DNA of 47,511 nucleotides from Candidatus Woesearchaeota archaeon (GTDB lineage Archaea > Nanobdellota > Nanobdellia > Woesearchaeales > CG1-02-33-12). Within the stretch, counting starts at the first letter, position 1. The number at the start of each line of letters is the position of its first letter. The position numbers and the translations under genes are program-made. Positions 24,755 to 33,401 of the stretch are shown one piece after another. The notes below the pieces were generated by a model. That model did no database searches and had not been told where the DNA came from. It was given only the letters and a program-made list of their open reading frames with translations. Location: assembly GCA_017609385.1 (NCBI GenBank), contig JAFCEA010000005.1, forward strand, positions 1 through 47,511. Reading direction: 5' to 3'.

Positions 24755-26569
24755 ATGGTAAACATAGTTCATTCATTAAATAATCATGAGATAGAAAAGA
24801 AATCAAATAAAGATAAGAGATTTCTAATTACAAATAGGAAAGGGGGATATTTCTGTCTTGCGAATGAAAATAAAAGCAGGTATGACGGACTTTTCTTTTT
24901 TGATGAAAAAATGTATAAGATTATTGAAAGCCTGCATATAGTTGGTTCTGCTAAGGCAGGCAAGATAATCAATAAATTTTATGAAATTAAAAGGGAATGC
25001 GGCAGTGCAACTGAAACATTTTTTATGCCTCATTATTATGATTCATTGGTTTATGAAATAACCAATCCAATTCCTATTGAAGTGGTTTTTGATGCAAGGG
25101 AGAGCTATGACCAAAGGCAGTGGGGCAGGTTTTACAGTATTTGGCAGGAAGGTGATAAGATAATAGTCAAGTTTGTCAAAAAAACAGATGCAAGGGAAGA
25201 CTACTCTGACGCCAAGGAAGAATATTCTTTATTCTTGGTGCTTAAGTTTGAGGGCATGTTCAAGAAGGTTGAAGAGTGGGAAAAAAGACATTATGAATTT
25301 GACAAAAAAAGAAATTCAATGCCTTATGAAAGATATGTTTTTTCTGCACTAACATTAAAGACAGATAGGGTTGTTTTTAGTTTTTCAAAAAACAAGGAAA
25401 AGGCAAAGAAAGAGGCAGACTATATTTTTAGGAATAGTAAGAGATTAAGAAAAAAGCAAAAAAGGTATTATGGTAGTTTATTAAAGTCAAAAGAAACTAT
25501 TAAAAATGATATTCTAATGGCATATTCTTGTGCACTAAGCTCTCTTGATTCATTGGTTGTTAATGATAAAGGGATATTTGCAGGTCTGCCATGGTTTTTC
25601 CAGTTCTGGACAAGGGATGAAGCTATCTCATTAAAAGCTTTAATTTTATATGGAAATTTTAGTTTAGCAAAAAATATCTTATTCAGGCATCTAAAATCTG
25701 TTTTGCATGATGGAAAACTGCCAATAAAGCCAGACTCTTTGTCAAAAAGTGCTGACTCTGCTGGCTGGGTCTCAAAAAGAGCAAAAGATTTTGTTTATAT
25801 TTTAAAAAAGAAAAAAATTCTTAAAAATAATCTGACAAAAAAAGAAATTAAAAAGATAGAAGAAAGGATTGAGCATTCGCTTGATTTTATGATAAAATAC
25901 CACACAAGAGAGCATCTTGTTTTTAATAATGCAAAGGAAACCTGGATGGATTCAATTGCTAGAGAAGGTTTTAGGATAGAGATTCAGGCAATGCAGCTAA
26001 GCATGTATAAGCTAATGCATGAGCTTACTAATAACAGGATTTATCAGGAACTTGAAAGTGATTTAAAGAAGGAGGTTAGAAAAAAATTCTGGAACAAAAA
26101 ATATCTTGCAGATGGCTTAGATGATTTTACAATAAGGCCAAACATTTTCATTGCTGCTTATATGTATCCTAAGCTTCTGGCGAAGAAAGAATGGGTTGCA
26201 TGTTTTGATAATATATTAAAGCATTTATGGAACAGCTGGGGTGGAATTTCAACAGTGGATAAGAAAAGTGAGTTCTTTGTTTCAGAGCATACAGGCGAGA
26301 ATAATGAAAGCTATCATAATGGGGATTCATGGTTTTGGATAAATAATCTTGCTGCAATTACTTTGTATAAGTTAGATAAAAAAAGATACAAAAAATACAT
26401 TGATAAAATAGTTGAGGCAAGCACAAAAGAGATTTTATGGCAAGGGGCAATAGGCCACCATGCAGAATTATCAAGCTCTAAAGAGCTAATATCAGAGGGC
26501 TGCCTGGCCCAGGCCTGGTCTGCTGCAATGTATATTGAAATGATTAATGAGATATTCTTAAAAAGATAA
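24755..26569 (+). CDS. Glycogen debranching enzyme, archaeal type (amylo-alpha-1,6-glucosidase, GDE_C domain)
   Basis: GLPWFFQFWTRDEAISL and YHNGDSWFWINN segments typical of the (alpha/alpha)6 GDE C-terminal domain. Confidence 0.8.
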   Translation: MVNIVHSLNNHEIEKKSNKDKRFLITNRKGGYFCLANENKSRYDGLFFFDEKMYKIIESLHIVGSAKAGKIINKFYEIKRECGSATETFFMPHYYDSLVYEITNPIPIEVVFDARESYDQRQWGRFYSIWQEGDKIIVKFVKKTDAREDYSDAKEEYSLFLVLKFEGMFKKVEEWEKRHYEFDKKRNSMPYERYVFSALTLKTDRVVFSFSKNKEKAKKEADYIFRNSKRLRKKQKRYYGSLLKSKETIKNDILMAYSCALSSLDSLVVNDKGIFAGLPWFFQFWTRDEAISLKALILYGNFSLAKNILFRHLKSVLHDGKLPIKPDSLSKSADSAGWVSKRAKDFVYILKKKKILKNNLTKKEIKKIEERIEHSLDFMIKYHTREHLVFNNAKETWMDSIAREGFRIEIQAMQLSMYKLMHELTNNRIYQELESDLKKEVRKKFWNKKYLADGLDDFTIRPNIFIAAYMYPKLLAKKEWVACFDNILKHLWNSWGGISTVDKKSEFFVSEHTGENNESYHNGDSWFWINNLAAITLYKLDKKRYKKYIDKIVEASTKEILWQGAIGHHAELSSSKELISEGCLAQAWSAAMYIEMINEIFLKR

Positions 26570-26620
26570 GGGGTAATGGTTATAGCAACTTTTTTATATA
26601 AATCTGTTTTATTAGGGCAA

Positions 26621-27901
26621 ATGAGGGTAATTGCTGATTTTCACATCCATTCTAAATATAGCAGGGCCACTTCTAAACAATTAAATATAAAAAACCTTGA
26701 GAAGTATGCACGGATAAAGGGCCTCAGTCTTCTTGGAACAGGCGACTTTACACATCCAATATGGATTAAAGAGCTTAAATCAGAGCTTACAGAGGATGGA
26801 ACTGGAATTTTAAAAACAAAAACAGGATTTAATTTTATACTGCAGACTGAAATCTCCTTAATGTACACACAGGATGGAAAAGGAAGAAAAATCCATAATG
26901 TTATTTTAGCAAATAATTTTGATATTGTTGAGCAGATAACAGAACAGCTAAAGAAAATTGGAAGAGTTGATTATGACGGCAGGCCAATATTCGGAATAAA
27001 ATGCCCTGATTTTGTTGAGATGATGAAAGAGATTGATAAGGATATAGAAATAATTCCTGCTCATGTATGGACTCCATGGTTTGGATTGTTTGGCTCAAAC
27101 TCTGGTTTTGACAGTGTGCAAGAATGCTTTAAAGACCAGACAAAGCATATACATGCATTGGAAACAGGCCTTAGCTCAGATCCTGCGATGAACTGGCGTT
27201 TAAGCTCATTGGATAAATACACATTAGTAAGCAACTCTGATCTGCATTCATTCTGGCCATGGCGCATTGGCCGTGAGTGCAATATCTTTGACTTAAAAGA
27301 ATTAAGTTATAACTCACTATTAAATGCAATAAAAACAAAAAAAGGGCTAAAAGAAACAATAGAGGTTGACCCAAGCTATGGAAAATATCACTTTGATGGC
27401 CATAGAAATTGCAATGTATGCATGAGCCCAAATGAATCTCTAAAAAATAAAGATATCTGCCCTGTATGCAGAAGAAAGCTAACTATAGGGGTTTTGCACA
27501 GGGTTGAAGAGCTTGCTGATAGGCCAGCTGGCTTTAAACCAAAAGATGCTGTTCCATTCAAATCACTGATTCCATTATCAGAAATTTTATCAAAGCTGTT
27601 GAATTCTGGTGTTGCATCTCAAAAGATATGGAAAGCATACTATAACCTGGTTAATGGCTCAAGGTCAGAGATGGACATATTGCTCAACTCATCTTTTGAC
27701 GAACTAAAGAAAATAACCAATGAAAAGATTGCAGAGGCAATAATTAATAATCGTAATAGAAAAATAAAAATCCAGCCAGGCTTTGACGGTGAGTATGGTT
27801 ACCCAATATTTTCAGATGATAATAAGAAATCAAAAGGGGGGTTTGTAGAAACAAATAAATCCTTACACAAAGGCCAGAAAGGTTTGGATGAATTTATGTA
27901 A
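26621..27901 (+). CDS. Endonuclease Q (PHP-domain deaminated/abasic-base endonuclease)
   Basis: MRVIADFHIHSKYSRATSK, GTGDFTHP, IPAHVWTPWFG, SNSDLHSFWPWRIGRE and the Zn finger CPVCRRKLTIGVLHRVEELA match the EndoQ pattern. ATG 26621 is preferred over the track start. Confidence 0.8.
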   Translation: MRVIADFHIHSKYSRATSKQLNIKNLEKYARIKGLSLLGTGDFTHPIWIKELKSELTEDGTGILKTKTGFNFILQTEISLMYTQDGKGRKIHNVILANNFDIVEQITEQLKKIGRVDYDGRPIFGIKCPDFVEMMKEIDKDIEIIPAHVWTPWFGLFGSNSGFDSVQECFKDQTKHIHALETGLSSDPAMNWRLSSLDKYTLVSNSDLHSFWPWRIGRECNIFDLKELSYNSLLNAIKTKKGLKETIEVDPSYGKYHFDGHRNCNVCMSPNESLKNKDICPVCRRKLTIGVLHRVEELADRPAGFKPKDAVPFKSLIPLSEILSKLLNSGVASQKIWKAYYNLVNGSRSEMDILLNSSFDELKKITNEKIAEAIINNRNRKIKIQPGFDGEYGYPIFSDDNKKSKGGFVETNKSLHKGQKGLDEFM

Positions 27902-27940
27902 ATTATTAAAGAAATATTAAAAAGTTAAAAAAATAAAAAT

Positions 27941-28369
27941 TTATTCTACTACTACCGTGCCTTTAAATCCAAATATTGCATCCATAACCTGGTATGTTCC
28001 TGCTTCCTCAAATTTGTACTCAAAGGTATCTCCTTCACTTAGTTTTGGGCTTCTTTCCCCACCCACTAAAACAACTATATGTACTCTGTCATCCATGTTT
28101 TTCCATGTAACTACTGTGCCAACACTTACTGTCAGTTCCTCAGGATCAAATCCCCCTCTAAGGACTCGGACATCTTCTGCTCCGCCAACAACTTCAGGTT
28201 CTTCTTCTACTAGTTCTTCAGCTGGTGTCTCAGGTTCTACTGGTGGCTGTTCTTCTACTGGTGGTGTTACTTCCGGAGTAACAGCTTCCCCTGGTTGTTC
28301 TGGAGCTTTTGCAGCACATCCGCTTAACATAAGAACAACCAATATTGCTAAAATATGTTTTATTTCCAT
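27941..28369 (-). CDS. Lipoprotein with Pro/Glu-rich linker and small cupredoxin-like beta domain (no Cu ligand set seen)
   Basis: Lipobox-like VVLMLSGC, linker PEQPGEAVTPEVTPPVEEQPPVEPETPAEE, C-terminus VTWKNMDDRVHIV...GTYQVMD. No Cys in the folded domain. Visibly more GC-rich than its neighbours. Confidence 0.5.
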   Translation of the reverse strand: MEIKHILAILVVLMLSGCAAKAPEQPGEAVTPEVTPPVEEQPPVEPETPAEELVEEEPEVVGGAEDVRVLRGGFDPEELTVSVGTVVTWKNMDDRVHIVVLVGGERSPKLSEGDTFEYKFEEAGTYQVMDAIFGFKGTVVVE

Positions 28370-28393
28370 TCTTTCACCTCAAAAAAGCATTTT

Positions 28394-29044
28394 TTATAAT
28401 CTTATTCTTTTATCTTTAAATACCTTTGGGTATTTTTTAAAATTACATAGTTTGCTTATAACACATTTATCACATTTTGGTTTGATTGGACTACAAATAG
28501 TCTGGCCATGTTTTACAAACAGCTCATTAATACTAATCCAGTATTTTCTTGGAATTTTTTTCATTAGTTCATGCTCTGTTTGCTCAGGTATTTTTGTTTT
28601 TACAATTCCAAGCCTGTTTGATATTCTATGAACATGTGTGTCAGCGGGTATTGCTGGAATATTAAACCCATAAACCAAAACACAGTTAGCTGTCTTTCTT
28701 CCAACTCCGGGTAGCTTCAAAAGTTTATTTAATTCATGGGGAACCTTACCATTATATTTTCCTAATAAAATTTTGCTAACCTCTTTTATTCTCTCTGCCT
28801 TTACATTATAGAAACCTGACTCTTTAATTAATCTCTTAATGTCAGAAAGATTCGCATTTGCAATTTTTCTTTCTGTTGGAAACTTTGAAAATAACTTTTT
28901 AGAGGCCTTTATTGTATTCTCATCTCTTGTTCTCTGGCTTAGTATTGTAGAAATTAAAACACGGAATGGTTTTTGTTTTGAAAAAAATGTTAAAGGATAA
29001 TCTTTCTTGAGTAATTCAATAATTGTTAGGATTTTATTCTGCAT
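28394..29044 (-). CDS. nth: Endonuclease III (HhH-GPD DNA glycosylase/AP lyase with 4Fe-4S cluster)
   Basis: HhH motif LLKLPGVGRKTANCVL, catalytic Asp region PADTHVHR, cluster CSPIKPKCDKCVISKLC (Cx6Cx2Cx5C). Confidence 0.9.
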   Translation of the reverse strand: MQNKILTIIELLKKDYPLTFFSKQKPFRVLISTILSQRTRDENTIKASKKLFSKFPTERKIANANLSDIKRLIKESGFYNVKAERIKEVSKILLGKYNGKVPHELNKLLKLPGVGRKTANCVLVYGFNIPAIPADTHVHRISNRLGIVKTKIPEQTEHELMKKIPRKYWISINELFVKHGQTICSPIKPKCDKCVISKLCNFKKYPKVFKDKRIRL

Positions 29045-29071
29045 TTAATAAAAGAATATTTGAAGTTTTAT

Positions 29072-29110
29072 AAAAAAATAAAAAACTGCCTACAAAAATA
29101 AAGAGGCAGG
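29072..29110 (-). terminator. Hairpin plus oligo-T tract downstream of the polybasic micro-ORF
   Basis: On the minus strand: CCTGCCT-ctttatttttgt-AGGCAG followed by TTTTTTATTTTTTT. Plus-strand stem arms are at 29086-29091 and 29104-29109. Confidence 0.35.
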
Positions 29111-29123
29111 TAAAAAAATAATC

Positions 29124-29249
29124 TTATCTTCTCCTTTTCTTCTTTGGTTTTTTCTTGACTTTTCTCTTGGCTTTCTTCTTAGCCTTTTTCTTAGGTTTTT
29201 TCTTGACTTTTCTCTTGGCTTTCTTCTTAGCCTTCTTCCTTGCTGCCAT
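29124..29249 (-). CDS. 41-aa polybasic protein (about 75% Lys/Arg) containing a 16-aa tandem repeat
   Basis: Hand translation: MAARKKAKKKAKRKVKKKPKKKAKKKAKRKVKKKPKKKRRR*. The ATG is preceded by gaggtga at a 7-nt spacing. Not in the ORF track (too short). The 48-bp repeat period runs 29146-29241. Confidence 0.5.
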   Translation of the reverse strand: MAARKKAKKKAKRKVKKKPKKKAKKKAKRKVKKKPKKKRRR

Positions 29250-29817
29250 TATTTTTTCACCTCTTGGTTTTTTGTGTTTTGAACAACACTAGTATTATTT
29301 TTTATTTTTATTGTTTAAATAGTTTTCGTTTTTTTCGAGAAAAAAATGTTCCTCGTCGATAATTTTTTGTTTTTTAAATTTAAAAAATAACTTTTTTGAA
29401 AATAAATTAAACTAAATTCTGAGGGAATAAAAGTAAAATTAATTGTCAAACTATAATAAATAGGTTTATAATCAAAAAAAATTAATTTTATCGTCGCTGT
29501 TAAAAAGATTAATGATCTAATTTAGGAAATATTTGATGAAAATTTTAAAAGTATATTAAATTTTTCAGAAAAAATAAAATATAGAGTTATTTGTCATAAA
29601 TAAAATTTTAAATACTTAGTTTGATTAGCAATTGAAATAAATTTTTCATAAAAAATTTTAATAAAAAAAGTTTTATGATTTTATTTTCAAAACCAGCAAA
29701 GAAATTATAAAAAATTAGTTAGTTCTGGAAAATGGTTACAAAGATTTATAAAGAATTAAAATAAAATAATAAAAAAGCTAAAGAATATAGCTATAATAAA
29801 AGAAGGAGGTGTAACTA

Positions 29818-30174
29818 ATGGAGAAAAAGGTAGGAGAAGTGTCCTTTGTTTTAGGCGTTGTTCTTGCAGTGATTCTGGGATTGATAGGCGGTTATTTAGG
29901 AACCTTGGGACCATGGCTAATATCCCTCTTGATAGTATTGGGATTAATAGTAGGACTTGTAAACATAAGTGGTAAGGAAACAAAGGAGTTTGTTTGGATG
30001 GCAGTAGCATTAGTGTTAGTTATATATGCAGGAGGAGCATCAGGTACATTAACAAATGTATTGTACATTGGTGAATACCTGTCTGGAGTATTAAATGCTG
30101 TAATGGCATTTGTCGTGCCAGCAACAGTTATAGTTGCTCTGAAAGAGATATATACACTTGCACAGATAAAATAA
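29818..30174 (+). CDS. Small integral membrane protein (3-4 TM), hypothetical
   Basis: Strong SD aaggaggtg 7 nt upstream of the ATG. Hydrophobic throughout. Followed by T-rich tracts. Confidence 0.5.
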   Translation: MEKKVGEVSFVLGVVLAVILGLIGGYLGTLGPWLISLLIVLGLIVGLVNISGKETKEFVWMAVALVLVIYAGGASGTLTNVLYIGEYLSGVLNAVMAFVVPATVIVALKEIYTLAQIK

Positions 30175-30295
30175 ACAATTTATTTTTTTATTTATTTTTT
30201 AATTTCTTCGCTATGATTCTTATAATTTCTAAATCATAATTTTAAATTTTAATCTGTTTTTCTCAGAAAAATATATAAACCCGAGGCTTTATTTA

Positions 30296-31285
30296 ATGAG
30301 TAGGATGTATGATATTATTACTGTAGGATCTGCAACTGTTGATGTTTTTGCCCACACAAAGTCTGAGCTTATAAAAATAAAAACATCCAGTTCTGAGGAA
30401 GATTTGATTGCTTATCCCTCTGGCTCTAAGATTCTGATTAAAGAACTCAGGTTTACTATAGGTGGTGGTGGAACAAATAGTGCTGTTTCTTTAGCTAGAT
30501 TGGGCCACAAGGTTGCTTACTTAGGCAGTTTAGGAAATGATGAGAATGGAAGAAGAATTCTTGATTTATTAAAAAAAGAAAAACTAGATTTTATTGGGGT
30601 GTTAAGCAAAGAAATCACTGGCTATTCCATAATCCTTGATTCAATAGAGCATGACAGGACTATCTTAACATACAAGGGTGCAAATGACAAATTGAAGTTT
30701 TCTGGTATTAACCTTAAAAAACTGAAAACAAGATGGTTTTATTTTTCTTCAATGATCTCTGAATCATTCAAGACATTAGAGAAACTGGCAGAATTTGCTG
30801 AAAAAAACAAGATTAAGATAGCCTTTAACCCAAGCACTTACCTTGCAGAAAAAGGCAAGAATTATTTAAAAAAGATTCTCATTAGAACAACAATTCTTAT
30901 ATTAAATAATGAGGAAGCATCATTATTAGTAGGAAAAAATAATATTAAAACTACGTTAAAGAAACTCTATGAACTAGGACCAAGGATAGTAGTAATTACC
31001 AATGGAAAAAAACCTATTCATGCTTATGATGGAAAAAATATCTATGCTCTGATGCCAAATAAGATAAAGGTTATTGAAAGTACAGGTGCAGGTGATGCAT
31101 TTGCCTCTTCATTTTTGTCAGGAATAATAAAGAAGAATGATGTCAAGTTTGCTTTGAAGATGGGCTTGGCAAACTCTGAATCAGTTATCACACATCCCGG
31201 CGCAAAAAACAGGTTGCTTAACTATAAGGAAATATTAAAAGTCATAAAAAAAAGACATGCTAAAATAAAAAAGTTTAAAAAATAA
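30296..31285 (+). CDS. PfkB-family carbohydrate/nucleoside kinase
   Basis: GGGGTNSAV (di-Gly region) and the C-terminal GAGDAFASSF signature. Start could be ATG 30305. Confidence 0.8.
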   Translation: MSRMYDIITVGSATVDVFAHTKSELIKIKTSSSEEDLIAYPSGSKILIKELRFTIGGGGTNSAVSLARLGHKVAYLGSLGNDENGRRILDLLKKEKLDFIGVLSKEITGYSIILDSIEHDRTILTYKGANDKLKFSGINLKKLKTRWFYFSSMISESFKTLEKLAEFAEKNKIKIAFNPSTYLAEKGKNYLKKILIRTTILILNNEEASLLVGKNNIKTTLKKLYELGPRIVVITNGKKPIHAYDGKNIYALMPNKIKVIESTGAGDAFASSFLSGIIKKNDVKFALKMGLANSESVITHPGAKNRLLNYKEILKVIKKRHAKIKKFKK

Positions 31286-31303
31286 AAGGTATTTTAGAAA
31301 AAA

Positions 31304-31864
31304 ATGAAGATTGTAGGCATAAGCGGTTCTCCGACTAAAAGCGGCAATAATGAGAGAATAATAGATTATGTGTTTGATATTGCCAAGCAAAAGGGTTTTA
31401 TGACAGTAAGAATATTTCTCTCTGAGTATAAGATAGCTGGATGCACTGATTGTGGCCTGTGCAAAGATAAAAAAGAATGCAGTATAAAGGATGATATGAA
31501 AAAACTACTGCCTTTATTAGAGGATGCTGATGCAATTGTTATAGCTAGCCCTGTTTATTTTGGCTCTGTCAGCTCGCAATTAAAGGCATTTTTTGACAGA
31601 ACACAGGTTTTGAGAAGAGCAGGCTTTTTACTAAAAAATAAGGTTGGAGCTGCTATTGCTGTTGGTGGATCAAGAAATGGTGGTCAGGAAAAAACAATTG
31701 AAGCAATACATGCCTGGATGAACATACATGGTATGATTATTGTTGGGGATGGAAGCCATTTTGGTGGCATTGTGCAAAAGCCGTTTGAAGAGGACAATAT
31801 AGGCATAAGAACTGTAAAAGACACAATTTATAAGGTCTGTGATGTCCTTGATATGATAAAATAG
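31304..31864 (+). CDS. Iron-sulfur flavoprotein / NADPH-dependent FMN reductase family
   Basis: MKIVGISGSPTKSGNNE flavodoxin-like start plus the compact Cys motif CTDCGLCKDKKEC (CX2CX2CX5C). Confidence 0.72.
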   Translation: MKIVGISGSPTKSGNNERIIDYVFDIAKQKGFMTVRIFLSEYKIAGCTDCGLCKDKKECSIKDDMKKLLPLLEDADAIVIASPVYFGSVSSQLKAFFDRTQVLRRAGFLLKNKVGAAIAVGGSRNGGQEKTIEAIHAWMNIHGMIIVGDGSHFGGIVQKPFEEDNIGIRTVKDTIYKVCDVLDMIK

Positions 31865-31897
31865 GAAAAAGAGGTGAATTTTTTGACAAAACTGCAG

Positions 31898-32671
31898 ATG
31901 CAGAAGATAATGCATAATAAAAAATCTTTATTTCTTGCATATGACCAGGGCCTTGAGCATGGACCAACAGATTTTAACCTCAATAATGTTAATCCAGATT
32001 ATATTCTTAAAATAGCAGAAAAGGGAAAATACAATGCTATTATACTGCATCATGGGATTGCTGAGAAATATTATGACAAGCATAATGCAGCTGTGCCATT
32101 AATAGTAAAGCTTAATGGAAAGACAAATCTTGTTAAGAAAGACCCAATCTCAAGCCAGGTTTGCTCTATTGGAAGAGCTGTAAAGCTTGGAGCAGAGGCT
32201 GTTGGCTACACAATATATCCAGGCTCTGAGTTTGAGCATAAGATGTTTAAGGATTTCAGCAAGCTTGTTGAAACAGCCCATATTTATGGAATTCCTGTTA
32301 TTGCCTGGGTTTATCCTAGAGGAAAATTTATCAAGGATGAGCTTTCAACTGAAACAATTGCTTATGCTGCACGCATAGGTCTTGAGCTTGGAGCTGATTT
32401 TGTAAAAATAAACTATAACAATGATTTTGAGGGCTTTAAATGGGTTGTAAAAGCAGCTGGAAAAGCAAAGGTTTTGGTTGCTGGCGGCCAAAAATTATCT
32501 AACAAAGAAGTACTGCAAAGAACTTACGAGGTTATGAAAGCAGGAGCTTCAGGCCTTGCCGTGGGCCGAAATGTCTGGCAGCATGACCATCCTTTAAAGA
32601 TGACAAAGGCCCTGAAGAAGATAATATTTGACAACAAGAGCGTTAATGAAGCATTGAAAATATTAAAATAA
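31898..32671 (+). CDS. fba: Class I (archaeal type, DhnA/FbaB-like) fructose-bisphosphate aldolase or related Schiff-base aldolase
   Basis: LAYDQGLEHGP, GADFVKINY (candidate Schiff-base Lys), GASGLAVGRNVWQ. Cannot be distinguished from the AroA'-type paralog by eye. Confidence 0.7.
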   Translation: MQKIMHNKKSLFLAYDQGLEHGPTDFNLNNVNPDYILKIAEKGKYNAIILHHGIAEKYYDKHNAAVPLIVKLNGKTNLVKKDPISSQVCSIGRAVKLGAEAVGYTIYPGSEFEHKMFKDFSKLVETAHIYGIPVIAWVYPRGKFIKDELSTETIAYAARIGLELGADFVKINYNNDFEGFKWVVKAAGKAKVLVAGGQKLSNKEVLQRTYEVMKAGASGLAVGRNVWQHDHPLKMTKALKKIIFDNKSVNEALKILK

Positions 32672-32674
32672 TTT

Positions 32675-33298
32675 TTAATATCCATACTTTCCCTTTAATG
32701 GCACAAACACAAAATTACCAAGTGATTCTGTTTTTAAGTCTTTGCCTTTTTTTATGCCTTTTATCATGTTTTGGCCCAAAAAGTATGAAACAGGAGCAAC
32801 TATTATTCCTCCTTCCTTAAGTTGCTCTATTAAAGGTGGAGGTATTTTAGGGCATGCAGCAGTGACCATTATTTTGTCATAAGGTGCTTGTTTTTCATAT
32901 CCCTGTGAGCCATCATAGTTTATTACTTCTACATTTTTTATTCCAGTCCTTTTTATATTGTTAGCTGCAAACTCTGCAAGCTCTGGGATTATTTCTGTTG
33001 TGTAAACAAATTTAACCATCTTGGACATTATTGCAGCACAATATCCAGAGCCAGCACCAACCTCCAAAACCTTGTCTGTTTTTTTAAGTTCCAGGGCATT
33101 GATCATAATCATAACAGTTGTTGGCTGTGATATTGTCTGGCCCTTCAAAATAGGCAATGGATAGTCGCCATAGGCCTCATTTAATGATTCACCTAAGATA
33201 AATTCCTCTCTTGGAATTGCTTTAAAGGCCTCTATCAGTCTTTTATCTGTGATTATTTTGCTGTTGGTCCAGTATTTTATTAATTCTTGTTTTCCCAT
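32675..33298 (-). CDS. pcm: Protein-L-isoaspartate O-methyltransferase
   Basis: ISQPTTVMIM, SAM motif VLEVGAGSGY, GGIIVAPV. Confidence 0.9.
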   Translation of the reverse strand: MGKQELIKYWTNSKIITDKRLIEAFKAIPREEFILGESLNEAYGDYPLPILKGQTISQPTTVMIMINALELKKTDKVLEVGAGSGYCAAIMSKMVKFVYTTEIIPELAEFAANNIKRTGIKNVEVINYDGSQGYEKQAPYDKIMVTAACPKIPPPLIEQLKEGGIIVAPVSYFLGQNMIKGIKKGKDLKTESLGNFVFVPLKGKYGY

Positions 33299-33401
33299 AT
33301 TAAATGTTTGATAGTTCCTAAATATAAATAGTTTTTCAATTTTTTGTCAGATGAAACAACTTTTGCTTAATAGCAGAGAATCTAATGATGGCAAGAAATT
33401 C

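Noticed and set aside
27957-28631. 224-aa plus-strand ORF
   Set aside because: It is a shadow ORF antisense to the lipoprotein gene and the 3' end of nth. It has a Ser/Pro/Thr-rich low-complexity translation and spans an intergenic gap between real genes.
29539-29661. Three AAAATTTTAA-type palindromes as candidate origin recognition boxes
   Set aside because: They are expected by chance in DNA this AT-rich, their spacing is irregular, there is no GC-containing ORB core, and no orc1/cdc6 gene is nearby. I kept this only as a low-interest note on the spacer.
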